In this document: positions 42,953 through 52,617 of the stretch, piece by piece | Numbering within the stretch: position 1 is the first letter of the stretch | Layout of the letters: each line of letters begins with the position of its first letter | NCBI GenBank assembly: GCA_040402415.1 | Contig: JBBAMS010000006.1 | Location: 214-64,213 of the forward strand | From: Candidatus Planktophila sp. | GTDB taxonomy: Bacteria; Actinomycetota; Actinomycetes; Nanopelagicales; Nanopelagicaceae | Length of the DNA: 64,000 nucleotides | Reading direction: 5' to 3' | Notes under the pieces: model-generated | The model's database searches: none | What the model was told of the DNA's origin: nothing | What the model saw: the letters and a program-made list of their open reading frames with translations, nothing else | Made by a program: the position numbers and the translations under genes

Positions 42953-44091
42953 GCGTGAACCATGGCAAATCGTGCAGGAGAAAAAACAGCGCCATCCATA
43001 AATGATTCTCTGCCAAGAATCGCATCGGTAATGAGCGCTGCAGATCCTGGTGCCAACCCGATACCAGCGCCTTCATGTCCTGCGGAATGCCACAAACCTT
43101 GTACCTGCGCATCCTGACCAATCACAGGTAAATGATCTGGCGCATAGGGTCTAAAACCACGATAAGCACGAAGTAATTGCACATCACGTAGAACGGGAAA
43201 GAGAGATGTTGCCTGAGACGCAAGTATTCGCAGAATTTCATAATTCATCGAACCATCGAATCCGACACGTTCGCGACTTGCGCCAATAAGTATCGTGCCG
43301 CTTCTTGTTCCTTCGACAACGGTGCTTGTCTGCAAATCTGCATCGCTACTTGCTACATTTGCCACGTAATCTGAGTCATAAACTTTATGGAAGATGTACT
43401 TCTTGGTTGGTTCAGTGACGAGAATAAATCCCTTACGCGGTGCAATAGGAAGGTGTGACCCCGCTAGTTCAGCTAACTCTCCCGCCCATGTACCTGTCGC
43501 ATTGACAATAATTGGCGCTTTGAAAGTTCCGCGAGTTGTCTCGATCCCTGTCACTGCACCGTTTTCTACATTGATGCGCATCACTTTCGCTTGTGAGATG
43601 AACTCCCCACCACGTTGCACAACTGTTCGAATAACATGAGCTGCAGCGAGCATGGGCTGACATTGCGCATCTTGCGGGTAGAAGACTCCGGATGAGATAT
43701 CGGGGTGCAGGTACGGTTCAAGTTCATGCAGCCGAGACTGATTGCACTTCTCTATCGTCACTCCATGTTGGCTCTGCTCTGTGGCAAGTTTCATCAGCAG
43801 TCGATCATCATGGCGGGCAACAACTACTCCACCTTTCGCCTCTAACTCAAAACAATCGCCGACATCTTCTTGCATCTCAAACCACAAGTTACGAGAGTGC
43901 AGAGCCAGCATAAGCTCAGGGCCAGGATTTTTATCCGACACCAAAATATTTCCTTCACCTGCTCCGGTAGTGCCGCTGGAGACAGCACCTCGATCAATGA
44001 CAAGAACCTTCAGACCAGCGTTCGTGAGAGAGAGGGCAGAAGATGCCCCGACGATCCCGGCGCCGATGACTATCGCGTCAGGGTTTTTCAT
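42949..44091 (-). CDS. FAD-dependent D-amino-acid oxidoreductase (D-hydroxyproline dehydrogenase beta subunit-like)
   Basis: IGAGIVG, GTTGAGEG, GFRPYAPDHLPVIG, GHEGAGIGLAP. Confidence 0.82.
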   Translation of the reverse strand: MKNPDAIVIGAGIVGASSALSLTNAGLKVLVIDRGAVSSGTTGAGEGNILVSDKNPGPELMLALHSRNLWFEMQEDVGDCFELEAKGGVVVARHDDRLLMKLATEQSQHGVTIEKCNQSRLHELEPYLHPDISSGVFYPQDAQCQPMLAAAHVIRTVVQRGGEFISQAKVMRINVENGAVTGIETTRGTFKAPIIVNATGTWAGELAELAGSHLPIAPRKGFILVTEPTKKYIFHKVYDSDYVANVASSDADLQTSTVVEGTRSGTILIGASRERVGFDGSMNYEILRILASQATSLFPVLRDVQLLRAYRGFRPYAPDHLPVIGQDAQVQGLWHSAGHEGAGIGLAPGSAALITDAILGRESFMDGAVFSPARFAMVHA

Positions 44092-44105
44092 GTACGAAGT
44101 CTGCT

Positions 44106-44510
44106 CTACTTTGTGATTTGTTGCGCGATATCAATCAGAGATTCTTCCGTTGCAGGCTCGATATCCCACGGTTTATGTAGCCCATCGTTATCCCACCGAG
44201 GAATCACGTGCATATGAAGATGAAAGACGGTCTGCCACCCAGCTTCACGACTCATTTGAAAGATTGTTGTTCCATCAGAGCCCAGCTTGGCGGCAAGTAG
44301 ATCGGCTACCTCTTTTGCAGTCGACGCGACTTGTGCATAAGTAAGGGAATCTGCCTCGTGAACATCTTCTACATGCTTCTTAGGAATGACGAGTGTATGT
44401 CCACGATTTGCTGGGAAAATATCTAAAAATGCGTAGCAATTTTCATTCTCAAGAATTTTGTAGGATGGAATAGCGCCATCGACTATCTTGCAGAATATGC
44501 AATCCGACAT
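44106..44510 (-). CDS. HIT family protein (Hint-like)
   Basis: DCIFCKI, AFLDIFP..GHTLVIPK, QTVFHLHMHVIPR. Start ATG 44510 (TACAGT 6 nt upstream). Confidence 0.92.
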   Translation of the reverse strand: MSDCIFCKIVDGAIPSYKILENENCYAFLDIFPANRGHTLVIPKKHVEDVHEADSLTYAQVASTAKEVADLLAAKLGSDGTTIFQMSREAGWQTVFHLHMHVIPRWDNDGLHKPWDIEPATEESLIDIAQQITK

Positions 44511-44514
44511 GGTC

Positions 44515-45414
44515 TCACTGTAAGGCTTGGATTCTTTTACGCGCAATCTTCTGGCTAGGCGATTCGTGGCCCAACATATACGAAAGGAAATCCAATAAGA
44601 CACGGCTCACTTTGAGCCAACCCTTAGATCTCTTCTGCAATCCAAGGACGGATAGGAAAGGTTCATCGATAGTTGAAATCGCAGCATTAGCGAGGATTCG
44701 ATAGAAGAAGAGTCCACCACGACTAAAAGGTGGCTTAAGGATGAATCCCACAATTGGTGGAGTCATTCTTATGGACGCAACTTCAGTATCGGCGAAATTT
44801 TTCATGGCACCTGTCAGTTCTTGCTGTGATAACGGAGCCTTCTCTAAACCAAGTGGCTGTGCGCTCTTGGCCCATTCATACACATAGCTATCTGCGCCTT
44901 GGGGTAATTCATAATCCAACTCCTGGTGTGCTCGAAGAAAGGATTCTGTAAAGGCGCAATGAACCCAGAGTAGATAACGCGGATCTGATGCGCTGTAGTG
45001 CGTGTGTGAGCCTGATTTACTTTCGAACTTTCCTATGACACGTTTATGCATTTCACGAACCCTGAGAGCTTCTGACTCAATCGCCTCCGTTGAACCAAAA
45101 GATGTGATGGTCAACCATCGCGTTGTTCGCTCTAGACGACCCAGTGGATCTGTGTCGTAGGCAGAATGTTCAGCCACTCCTGTTAAAGCAGCCGGGTGCG
45201 CTGCCTGCATCAATAGCGCACGAATTCCTCCCACTAACGTTGCAATGCATCCATGCACTTCCCAGACCGCACTGCCTGGGCCGAAGAGCCCAACATCATT
45301 TCCAATAGCAAGCTGCTCAGACCATTCAGGGGCACCGCTTGAATCTCCTGAGACAGTTTTACGAAAAGCATCGGCTGCCTTATTGCCTCCGAGTGCACCC
45401 AATACCTTATTCAC
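44515..45414 (-). CDS. Oxygenase MpaB family protein (DUF2236)
   Basis: FGPGSAVWEVHG, GGIRALLMQAAHP, GVAEHS, RLERT, MHKRV, YSASDP.YLLWVH. Confidence 0.85.
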   Translation of the reverse strand: MNKVLGALGGNKAADAFRKTVSGDSSGAPEWSEQLAIGNDVGLFGPGSAVWEVHGCIATLVGGIRALLMQAAHPAALTGVAEHSAYDTDPLGRLERTTRWLTITSFGSTEAIESEALRVREMHKRVIGKFESKSGSHTHYSASDPRYLLWVHCAFTESFLRAHQELDYELPQGADSYVYEWAKSAQPLGLEKAPLSQQELTGAMKNFADTEVASIRMTPPIVGFILKPPFSRGGLFFYRILANAAISTIDEPFLSVLGLQKRSKGWLKVSRVLLDFLSYMLGHESPSQKIARKRIQALQ

Positions 45415-45456
45415 GGCATAACTCTAGAGTGCTTATTGAGTCGTGTTGCACAAAAA

Positions 45457-46245
45457 TTACGAGTGAGACTCAATAAAGAGACGAGAATTCTCGAAGATGA
45501 TCTCTTGATCGTAATCGAGAGTGGCAACGTGATAGCTATTTACTAGTTCAATGCGATTCTTCTCGCGAGAGCCAACGCCAGCCATAATGATCTCAGTATT
45601 TGTGACCGGCAAGGTGTGATCATCAACGCTGTGGAAGAGCTGCAGTGGTGCTGTTACATCGTGCAATCGCTTTCTCGTATAAGAAAGCATCTTCAACAAT
45701 TGATAAACCCCAACTGCGGGAAGTGAGTCGTAGCCCCATTCGGTAACTCCCGGGCGTTTGATGTCATCGCCTACGGAATCGCGCATCTTCTGAACTCGAG
45801 AGACTACCCAAGCTAGTTGGTGAGGTACTAACTTCACATGGATCATGGGATTGACAAGAATGATTCCGGCCAGCTGCTTCGAATAGCGCGCTGCGACATT
45901 AAGAGTAGTTCCACCACCCATTGATAGGCCACAGATAAAGACTTTGTCACAGACTTGCATTAATGCGTTGAGATCATTCTCAACCTTGGCGGGCCACTCT
46001 TGCCACTTCACGAGGTTGAGATCTTCAGGTCGAGTGCCATGTCCTGGAAGAAGAGGCACGGTCACTGTGTAGCCACGTTGATTGAGATATTCAGCCCACG
46101 GACGCATTGATGCAGGAGAACCTGTAAAGCCATGGACCAACATGATGCCGATTCTTGCATTGGCCCCCTTACCTTCGGCGTGCCAATCTTCCAAAATTCC
46201 TGCTGGTGCTCCGTCAATACCCATGTGCCAGAGAGTATTACTCAT
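45457..46245 (-). CDS. Alpha/beta hydrolase (carboxylesterase / monoacylglycerol lipase-like)
   Basis: HGFTGSP, LPGHGT, GLSMGG nucleophile motif, DHT, SYHVATLD. Confidence 0.92.
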   Translation of the reverse strand: MSNTLWHMGIDGAPAGILEDWHAEGKGANARIGIMLVHGFTGSPASMRPWAEYLNQRGYTVTVPLLPGHGTRPEDLNLVKWQEWPAKVENDLNALMQVCDKVFICGLSMGGGTTLNVAARYSKQLAGIILVNPMIHVKLVPHQLAWVVSRVQKMRDSVGDDIKRPGVTEWGYDSLPAVGVYQLLKMLSYTRKRLHDVTAPLQLFHSVDDHTLPVTNTEIIMAGVGSREKNRIELVNSYHVATLDYDQEIIFENSRLFIESHS

Positions 46246-46277
46246 GCAATGTCATAGCAATCATCTACTGTTGACAC

Positions 46278-46940
46278 GTGGTTGACGATTCGGTGAATTC
46301 TTCGTGGCAGAGCACTCTGCAAGAGCTCGGTCGACTATTAAGTGAAACTACCTTTGTCGTGATCGACCTTGAAACTACTGGTGGGGCTCCACATCTGGGA
46401 GCGGCAATTACTGAAATCGGTGCCGTAAAAGTTCGCGGTGGAGTAACCCTCGGTGAATTCAAAACCTTTATCGATCCGGGTCATCCTGTTCCTGAATACA
46501 TCACCACGTTGACAGGAATCACTGATGAGATGCTCTTTCAATCCCCCACAATCGATCAAATTTTTCCATCACTCCTAGAATTTTTAGGTGGTGCAGAAAC
46601 CGCTGTGCTTGTCGCCCAGAATGCGCCATTTGATCTCTCATTCCTTACCTTCGCTGCGCGCACCCACGGATATCCATGGCCGAAATATCAGGTACTTGAT
46701 ACGGCGATCATCGCAAGAAAAGTTCTCTCTCGAGATGAAGTACCCAATTGCAAGCTAGGAACTCTTGCCGAATTCTTTGGTACTTCTACAACGCCCAATC
46801 ACCGAGCACTCGATGATGCGCGAGCCACAGTTGATGTATTCCACGGTTTACTTGAAAGGCTTGGCACCCATGATATTTATACACTTGAAGAGCTCATGAA
46901 CTTTGGAAAGGGCGCTAAGAGGCAGAAATCTCCTGAGTAA
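46278..46940 (+). CDS. DEDDh 3'-5' exonuclease (DnaQ-like; N-terminal part of Rv2191-type proteins)
   Basis: VIDLETTG, TEIGAVK, LTGIT, AQNAPFDL, LDT, HRALDDA. Confidence 0.88.
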   Translation: MVDDSVNSSWQSTLQELGRLLSETTFVVIDLETTGGAPHLGAAITEIGAVKVRGGVTLGEFKTFIDPGHPVPEYITTLTGITDEMLFQSPTIDQIFPSLLEFLGGAETAVLVAQNAPFDLSFLTFAARTHGYPWPKYQVLDTAIIARKVLSRDEVPNCKLGTLAEFFGTSTTPNHRALDDARATVDVFHGLLERLGTHDIYTLEELMNFGKGAKRQKSPE

Positions 46941-47967
46941 GTGCTGCCCATTTCTCTAACAACTCTTGTGCTGCACCTGAATCAACTGCCTTCTCCGCCC
47001 TGCGTACACCAGTAGTAATTCTCTCTTTGATATTAGAATTTAAATCACCTTCAAATGCGGCTATCGCAGCTCCAGCATTGAGGATGACAGCATCGCGAGG
47101 GGCGCCACGTTCACCAGCGAAGATTGCCTTACTAATTCGTGCATTCTCTTGAGCATCTCCCCCAACGATTGCAGCTATGGGCGCATGAGACATTCCAAAA
47201 TCTTTCGCATCGATCCGATCACTTTGAATTTGCGCCTCTCCGATCGAAAGAATTGATGTCGTTGTCGCAAGCGTTATTTCATCAAGCCCATCGTCGCCTC
47301 TAAAGACAAAGCCATCGCACCCTTTTTCAGAAAGCACCTGTGCCATAAGAAGATGCATTCGTTCATTGGCGACACCGATAGCTGCAGCTTGTGGCCGCGC
47401 CGGGTTGGCAAGTGGTCCCAGAATATTGAAGACAGTTGCGGTTGCTAACTCTTTACGTGCAGGGGCTGCGAAGCGCATCGCTGGGTGAAAAACTGGAGCA
47501 AAGCAGAATCCAATTCCGAGCTCGCGAACAGTGCGTTCAACTCCCGCTGCGTTAAGACCCGGAACAACTCCCATAGCTTCAAGAAAATCTGAAGCACCTG
47601 ACCTCGATGAAACCGCACGATTGCCATGTTTTACGACTCGTGCACCCGCAGCGGCTGCGATGATGGCAGCGGTGGTTGAAATGTTAATTGTGTGGGCACC
47701 ATCGCCACCAGTTCCGACTGTATCTACCGCTCGCTCGACAATAGAGATGGGTGTGGAATGTTGATACATCTCAGAGACCAGTGCACCAACCTCATCTGAC
47801 GTTTCACCTTTTGCCTTGAGCGAGAGTAGGAATTTCTTGATATTTTCAATATCACTTTTGCCACTGAGAATTGCGCGCATAATCCCTTGAATTTCCGCAG
47901 CAACCAGGTCATGACCTGAATCTATTTTTGCGATAGCGATATCCCACTGCTCTTGTTCTAGTAACAT
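46915..47967 (-). CDS. trpD: Anthranilate phosphoribosyltransferase
   Basis: DTVGTGGDG, NISTT, KHGNR..SSRSGASD, FHPAMR, TVFNILGPL.NP, DGLDE. Confidence 0.97.
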   Translation of the reverse strand: MLLEQEQWDIAIAKIDSGHDLVAAEIQGIMRAILSGKSDIENIKKFLLSLKAKGETSDEVGALVSEMYQHSTPISIVERAVDTVGTGGDGAHTINISTTAAIIAAAAGARVVKHGNRAVSSRSGASDFLEAMGVVPGLNAAGVERTVRELGIGFCFAPVFHPAMRFAAPARKELATATVFNILGPLANPARPQAAAIGVANERMHLLMAQVLSEKGCDGFVFRGDDGLDEITLATTTSILSIGEAQIQSDRIDAKDFGMSHAPIAAIVGGDAQENARISKAIFAGERGAPRDAVILNAGAAIAAFEGDLNSNIKERITTGVRRAEKAVDSGAAQELLEKWAALTQEISAS

Positions 47968-47984
47968 GGAATGACCTAGCTACT

Positions 47985-48428
47985 TTAGGCAGTTGTCGCC
48001 ACAGTACGCGAGCGAAGAAGATCGGCAACAGTGTGTGACAAAGTGAATGGGTCGATGGGATGCAAAACGTTTGCTTCAGCGCGTGACCATGCGGCAAGCC
48101 ATGCATCTTCCTTGCGACCAGTAATGACCATAACGGGTGGACAATGAAAGACTTCATCTTTCAATTGTCGCGCCATACCCAAACCACCTTCTGGAACTGC
48201 CTCGCCATCTAAGATAAAGAGGTCAATCGGAGTATCACTTCCAGGTTTTTTGGAATCAACAAAAAGTCGAAGCGCCGCAGCTGTAGCAAATTGATGGATC
48301 ACATGTTCGGCCATATCGTTGGCGACTCTATTTCCAAGTGCGCCCATAACGGCCTCGCGGACTGAAGAATCATCTGAATACAAGACGATCGAGTAGTTGC
48401 GCTCTCGGGCGCCCTCGTTCCGTGTCAT
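47985..48428 (-). CDS. Single-domain response-regulator receiver-like protein
   Basis: LYSDD, LFILDGEAVPEGG, VMVITGR, WLAAWSRAE..HPIDPF; conserved divergent neighbour of ctaE in Actinobacteria. Confidence 0.75.
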   Translation of the reverse strand: MTRNEGARERNYSIVLYSDDSSVREAVMGALGNRVANDMAEHVIHQFATAAALRLFVDSKKPGSDTPIDLFILDGEAVPEGGLGMARQLKDEVFHCPPVMVITGRKEDAWLAAWSRAEANVLHPIDPFTLSHTVADLLRSRTVATTA

Positions 48429-48580
48429 AACATGAAGTCTAATCGCAGGAGGTGAAGTTGGTGGACGAGAAAATCAGAGAAATATGCGTGACCCTTTTCA
48501 CCTCAATTGAGCGGCGAATCCATGGTCGAAGGCCCTGTCTAAATAGGTGAGTAAGCCCCTTTTCAGGAATAATAACTCCT

Positions 48581-49210
48581 ATGACTAGCACCAGCCTGAG
48601 CGCTCACCACAAAATAACTCGCCCCAACTTGGTGGCGGTAGGAACCATTGTGTGGCTCTCAAGTGAACTCATGTTCTTCGCTGCTCTCTTTGCTATGTAC
48701 TTCACTACGCGTGCAGTGCAAGGTCCTAAAATTTGGCTCGAATCAACGGGAATTCTCAATGTACATTTTGCCGCCGTTAATACAACAGTCCTTGTTCTCT
48801 CCTCTGTGACATGTCAATTCGGAGTATTTGCCGCAGAGCGGTACCAAGCTCGACGGACAGGTTCACTCCTGAACTTTAAATCATGGGGAATGCGCGAGTG
48901 GTTTGCACTCACCTTTCTTATGGGTGGCTTCTTTATCGCGGGGCAGATTTACGAGTACGCATCTCTTGTTACTGAAGGACTTACTCTCTCGTCGGTTGCC
49001 TACGGATCTGTCTTTTATATCGCAACCGGTTTCCACGGCCTTCACGTCACTGGTGGACTCATCGCATTCCTAATCGTCTTGGTGCGAGTTTCCAAAGCTC
49101 GCCGATTTACGCAAGGCCAAGCCACGACGGCGATTGTTGTTTCGTACTACTGGCACTTTGTGGACGTTGTTTGGATCGCTCTCTTCTCCGCTATTTATCT
49201 CATCAAATGA
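48581..49210 (+). CDS. ctaE: Cytochrome c oxidase subunit III
   Basis: [26 protein letters not shown]. Confidence 0.96.
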   Translation: MTSTSLSAHHKITRPNLVAVGTIVWLSSELMFFAALFAMYFTTRAVQGPKIWLESTGILNVHFAAVNTTVLVLSSVTCQFGVFAAERYQARRTGSLLNFKSWGMREWFALTFLMGGFFIAGQIYEYASLVTEGLTLSSVAYGSVFYIATGFHGLHVTGGLIAFLIVLVRVSKARRFTQGQATTAIVVSYYWHFVDVVWIALFSAIYLIK

Positions 49211-49236
49211 TTAATACTCCAACTGAAAGGAATACA

Positions 49237-50031
49237 GTGAAGCGTCTCTCGCGTCTACGCAGACATCGTGCAGCAGGACCGATTCTTCTCGTCTTTGCTC
49301 TCTTCACCATCGGGACTACTTTTCAAGTTGCGAGTGCAGTCAATAGCGACACAACCACCACTGTTGCCTCACGTTCTGCAGCCGTCGAAGAAGGAAGACA
49401 GATCTTTCTCAAAGGTTGCTCTTCCTGCCACGGTATCAATGCCGAAGGTGGACAGATTGCTCCATCTCTTATCGGTGTCGGCGCTGCCTCGGTAGATTTT
49501 CAGGTCGGTACTGGGCGCATGCCCTTGGCCAATATGACCACACAAGCTATGCGTAAAACTCCTTTGTACAACCCCGAGCAAGTACATCTACTTGCAACAT
49601 ATGTCGCATCGTTAGCTCCAGGACCTGCCGTACCAACGGATGCAGTTCTCAATTATGAACGCGATGGATCGGTTGCTCAAGGTGGTGAGCTATTTCGCAC
49701 TAACTGCGCAATGTGTCACAACTTCGCAGCACAAGGTGGAGCGCTCACCCAAGGAAAATATGCACCAACACTCATGGGTGTAGAGCCAAAATATATTTAT
49801 GAAGCGTTAATCACTGGTCCACAGTCAATGCCGGTTTTTAGCGATAAGACAATTACACCCGCAGAAAAGTTATCCATAATTAAATGGATTAAATCCACCG
49901 AAGCGGAACCGCAGCTGGGTGGAGTAGCGCTGGGTCGTGTCGGACCTGTCACTGAAGGTTTGCTTGTATGGACACTTGGAATCGGACTGCTTATTGGTGT
50001 TGCGGTCTGGCTAGCGATGAAGGCGAGATAA
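49237..50031 (+). CDS. qcrC: Cytochrome bcc complex di-heme cytochrome c subunit
   Basis: Two CxxCH motifs (CSSCH, CAMCH), GRMP, GPVTEG. Start GTG 49237 after SD GAAAGGA. Confidence 0.95.
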   Translation: MKRLSRLRRHRAAGPILLVFALFTIGTTFQVASAVNSDTTTTVASRSAAVEEGRQIFLKGCSSCHGINAEGGQIAPSLIGVGAASVDFQVGTGRMPLANMTTQAMRKTPLYNPEQVHLLATYVASLAPGPAVPTDAVLNYERDGSVAQGGELFRTNCAMCHNFAAQGGALTQGKYAPTLMGVEPKYIYEALITGPQSMPVFSDKTITPAEKLSIIKWIKSTEAEPQLGGVALGRVGPVTEGLLVWTLGIGLLIGVAVWLAMKAR

Positions 50032-50034
50032 CTT

Positions 50035-51027
50035 ATGTCGAGTGAGCTTGAACCGATTAAAAATCCTGGCCTACCTGCCCACGTACATCGCTCTACCGAT
50101 ACTGATCCAAAGGCAGCAGCCCGAGCAGAACGACAAGTAGCAATTCTCTTTGCTCTATCTGCTCTTGGGACTCTCCTACTTATTTACTCATACATATTTA
50201 TTAAGAGCGATACATTCATCTTCATCCCAGTTCTAGGTAGTAACAATGCACAGCAACTTGGTCTCGGTTTAGGAATGGCAATCGCTCTGTTCTGTATCGG
50301 AGCTGGTGCAATTCATTGGGCAAAGACGCTTATGCCAGATGAAGAAGTAATTGCGCAGCGTCATGAATTCAGATCAGATGATGAAGATCGTGCCCAATTT
50401 GTGAAGACTGTCAAAGATGGTGCTGCAGCTGCAGGCCTAGGTCGACGCCCACTGATTAAACGCTCACTCGGCGTCGCACTCGGACTATCAGGGCTTACGC
50501 CCCTTCTCCTTCTTCGCGATTTAGGCCCTCTTCCAAAAGATAATTTGCAGAAGACTTCCTGGAAGCCTGGAATGAGATTAGTAACCGATCCTGGCGATCG
50601 TCCCATTCGCCCAGAAGATCTTGAGGTAGGGGCCGTAGCGCAAACTCTTCCAGAACTTGCAGTGGGTGAAGAACGCACCCTCAATAACATTGGAAAAGAT
50701 GCGGTTCTTTTGATCCGTCTGCGTCCTGAGGAATTTAACCTCACCGCCGAGCGACTTTCCTGGACCCACGAGGGGATCATCGCCTTCTCCAAGATTTGCT
50801 CCCACATGGGCTGTGCAGTTGCTCTCTATGAGCAGCAGACAAAGCATCTTCTCTGCCCATGCCATCAATCAACCTTCGATGTGACCCGAGCTGCGAAGGT
50901 TATTTTTGGGCCTGCGGCCAGACCACTTCCGCAGTTAAATATCACCGTGGATTCAGAGGGTTACCTTGTGGCCCGGACCCCCTTTACTGAACCAATTGGA
51001 CCTAGCTTCTGGGAGCGCTCATCATGA
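50035..51027 (+). CDS. qcrA: Cytochrome bcc Rieske iron-sulfur subunit
   Basis: Three TM segments with an internal twin-arginine; CSHMGC and CPCHQS boxes. Confidence 0.96.
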   Translation: MSSELEPIKNPGLPAHVHRSTDTDPKAAARAERQVAILFALSALGTLLLIYSYIFIKSDTFIFIPVLGSNNAQQLGLGLGMAIALFCIGAGAIHWAKTLMPDEEVIAQRHEFRSDDEDRAQFVKTVKDGAAAAGLGRRPLIKRSLGVALGLSGLTPLLLLRDLGPLPKDNLQKTSWKPGMRLVTDPGDRPIRPEDLEVGAVAQTLPELAVGEERTLNNIGKDAVLLIRLRPEEFNLTAERLSWTHEGIIAFSKICSHMGCAVALYEQQTKHLLCPCHQSTFDVTRAAKVIFGPAARPLPQLNITVDSEGYLVARTPFTEPIGPSFWERSS

Positions 51028-52613
51028 CAGCACGCGAAAGAATTGCCGGAAACGTCGCAGGATATGTAGACGATCGCACTGGTGCGGCTAAGTGGATGAA
51101 GAAGAATTTAACCAAGGTCTTTCCTGATCACTGGTCATTTCTTCTTGGCGAAATCTGCTTGTACTCATTTGTCATCTTGCTTCTCTCAGGAACTTTTCTT
51201 ACATTTTGGTTCGATCCTTCACAACGCGAGATTATCTACGATGGTGGATACCAACCTCTCTCAGGTTTAAAGATGTCTGCGGCTTACGCATCAACTCTTC
51301 ACATTTCTTTTGAAGTTCGTGGCGGACTTCTAATGCGTCAGATTCACCACTGGGCTGCTCTTATTTTTATGGTGGGTATCGTCGTCCACTTGATGCGCGT
51401 TTACTTCACAGGAGCATTCCGTAAGCCACGTGAATTTAACTGGATCATCGGAGTAGGCCTTCTCACTCTCGGAATCGTAGAAGGCTTCCTCGGGTACTCA
51501 CTCCCCGATGACCTTCTCTCCGGAACAGGTATCCGTATCGCTGAGGCAATCATTCAAGCGCTTCCACTTGTAGGTTCCTACATCGCATTCTTCGCATTTG
51601 GTGGAACTTTTCCAGGTGAGGCATTTATTCCGCGTATCTACACGGTTCACGTTCTTCTCCTACCCGGAATATTTCTCGCACTCATCACTGTCCACTTAAT
51701 GTTGGTCTGGTACCAGAAGCACACACAGTTCCCAGGTCCTGGACGCACCGAGAAGAATGTTGTTGGTTATCCATTGATGCCAGTCTATATGGCAAAAGCT
51801 GGCGGATTCTTCTTTATTGTCTTTGGCGTTACTGCATTCTTAGGCGCCGTTGCATCTATCAACCCCATTTGGTTATATGGTCCATATACACCAGGGCAAA
51901 TTTCTGCCGGCTCCCAACCCGATTGGTATATGGGTTGGCTCGACGGTTTAGTCCGCATGTCGCCACCTCTTGAGACCCACGCATTTGGCCACACAATCTC
52001 CTGGAATATTCTGCTTCCTGGATTGATCTTGCCTGGAATCATGTTTACGGGACTTGCTCTCTACCCATTTATCGAGAGCTGGGCAACGGGTGATAAGCGT
52101 GAGCATCATCTCCTTGATCGTCCTCGCAATACACCTAACCGCACGGCAATTGGCGTTATGGCACTTACCTTCACCATGGTCTCACTTCTCAACGGTGGTA
52201 ACGACATTATTGCGACTACATTCCATCTCACCATCAATCAGATGATGTGGTTCTCGCGAATCGGTATTCTCGTCCTTCCACCAATTGCTTTCGTAATTAC
52301 TAAGAGACTCTGTCTATCACTTCAACGCGCAGACCGAGATCTTGTTCTGCATGGGCGGGAGACCGGGCGCTTAATGCGTATGCCAAACGGTGAGTTCACT
52401 GAAATCCATGAACCGATTTCCGCGGAAAAGGCCTGGACACTTACATCGCATGAACAAATTGCGCCACTGGAACTTCCTGAAATGGACGCTGCAGGTGTTC
52501 GCCACCCTGGTGCTCTGAAGAATAAGCTTCGTAATCGAATCTCTCGTGCCGCAGCCGTCGCGGTTCCCAAGGCAACGCAGACAGAACGCCGCGAACTAGA
52601 GGGCCATCACTAA
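51024..52613 (+). CDS. qcrB: Cytochrome bcc cytochrome b subunit
   Basis: FPDHWSF, RQIHHWAA, FRKPRE.NW, GYSLPDD, QPDWY. Confidence 0.97.
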   Translation: MTARERIAGNVAGYVDDRTGAAKWMKKNLTKVFPDHWSFLLGEICLYSFVILLLSGTFLTFWFDPSQREIIYDGGYQPLSGLKMSAAYASTLHISFEVRGGLLMRQIHHWAALIFMVGIVVHLMRVYFTGAFRKPREFNWIIGVGLLTLGIVEGFLGYSLPDDLLSGTGIRIAEAIIQALPLVGSYIAFFAFGGTFPGEAFIPRIYTVHVLLLPGIFLALITVHLMLVWYQKHTQFPGPGRTEKNVVGYPLMPVYMAKAGGFFFIVFGVTAFLGAVASINPIWLYGPYTPGQISAGSQPDWYMGWLDGLVRMSPPLETHAFGHTISWNILLPGLILPGIMFTGLALYPFIESWATGDKREHHLLDRPRNTPNRTAIGVMALTFTMVSLLNGGNDIIATTFHLTINQMMWFSRIGILVLPPIAFVITKRLCLSLQRADRDLVLHGRETGRLMRMPNGEFTEIHEPISAEKAWTLTSHEQIAPLELPEMDAAGVRHPGALKNKLRNRISRAAAVAVPKATQTERRELEGHH

Positions 52614-52617
52614 CTCT

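Noticed and set aside
41361-44091. Hydrogen cyanide synthase (hcnABC) or opine dehydrogenase
   Set aside because: Same three-subunit family, but the adjacent epimerase, DHDPS-like enzyme and KGSA dehydrogenase fit D-hydroxyproline dehydrogenase better.
34645-44100. Genomic island or prophage integrated at the tRNA cluster
   Set aside because: No integrase, no duplicated tRNA 3' end noticed, no obvious compositional shift, and the downstream genes are metabolic.
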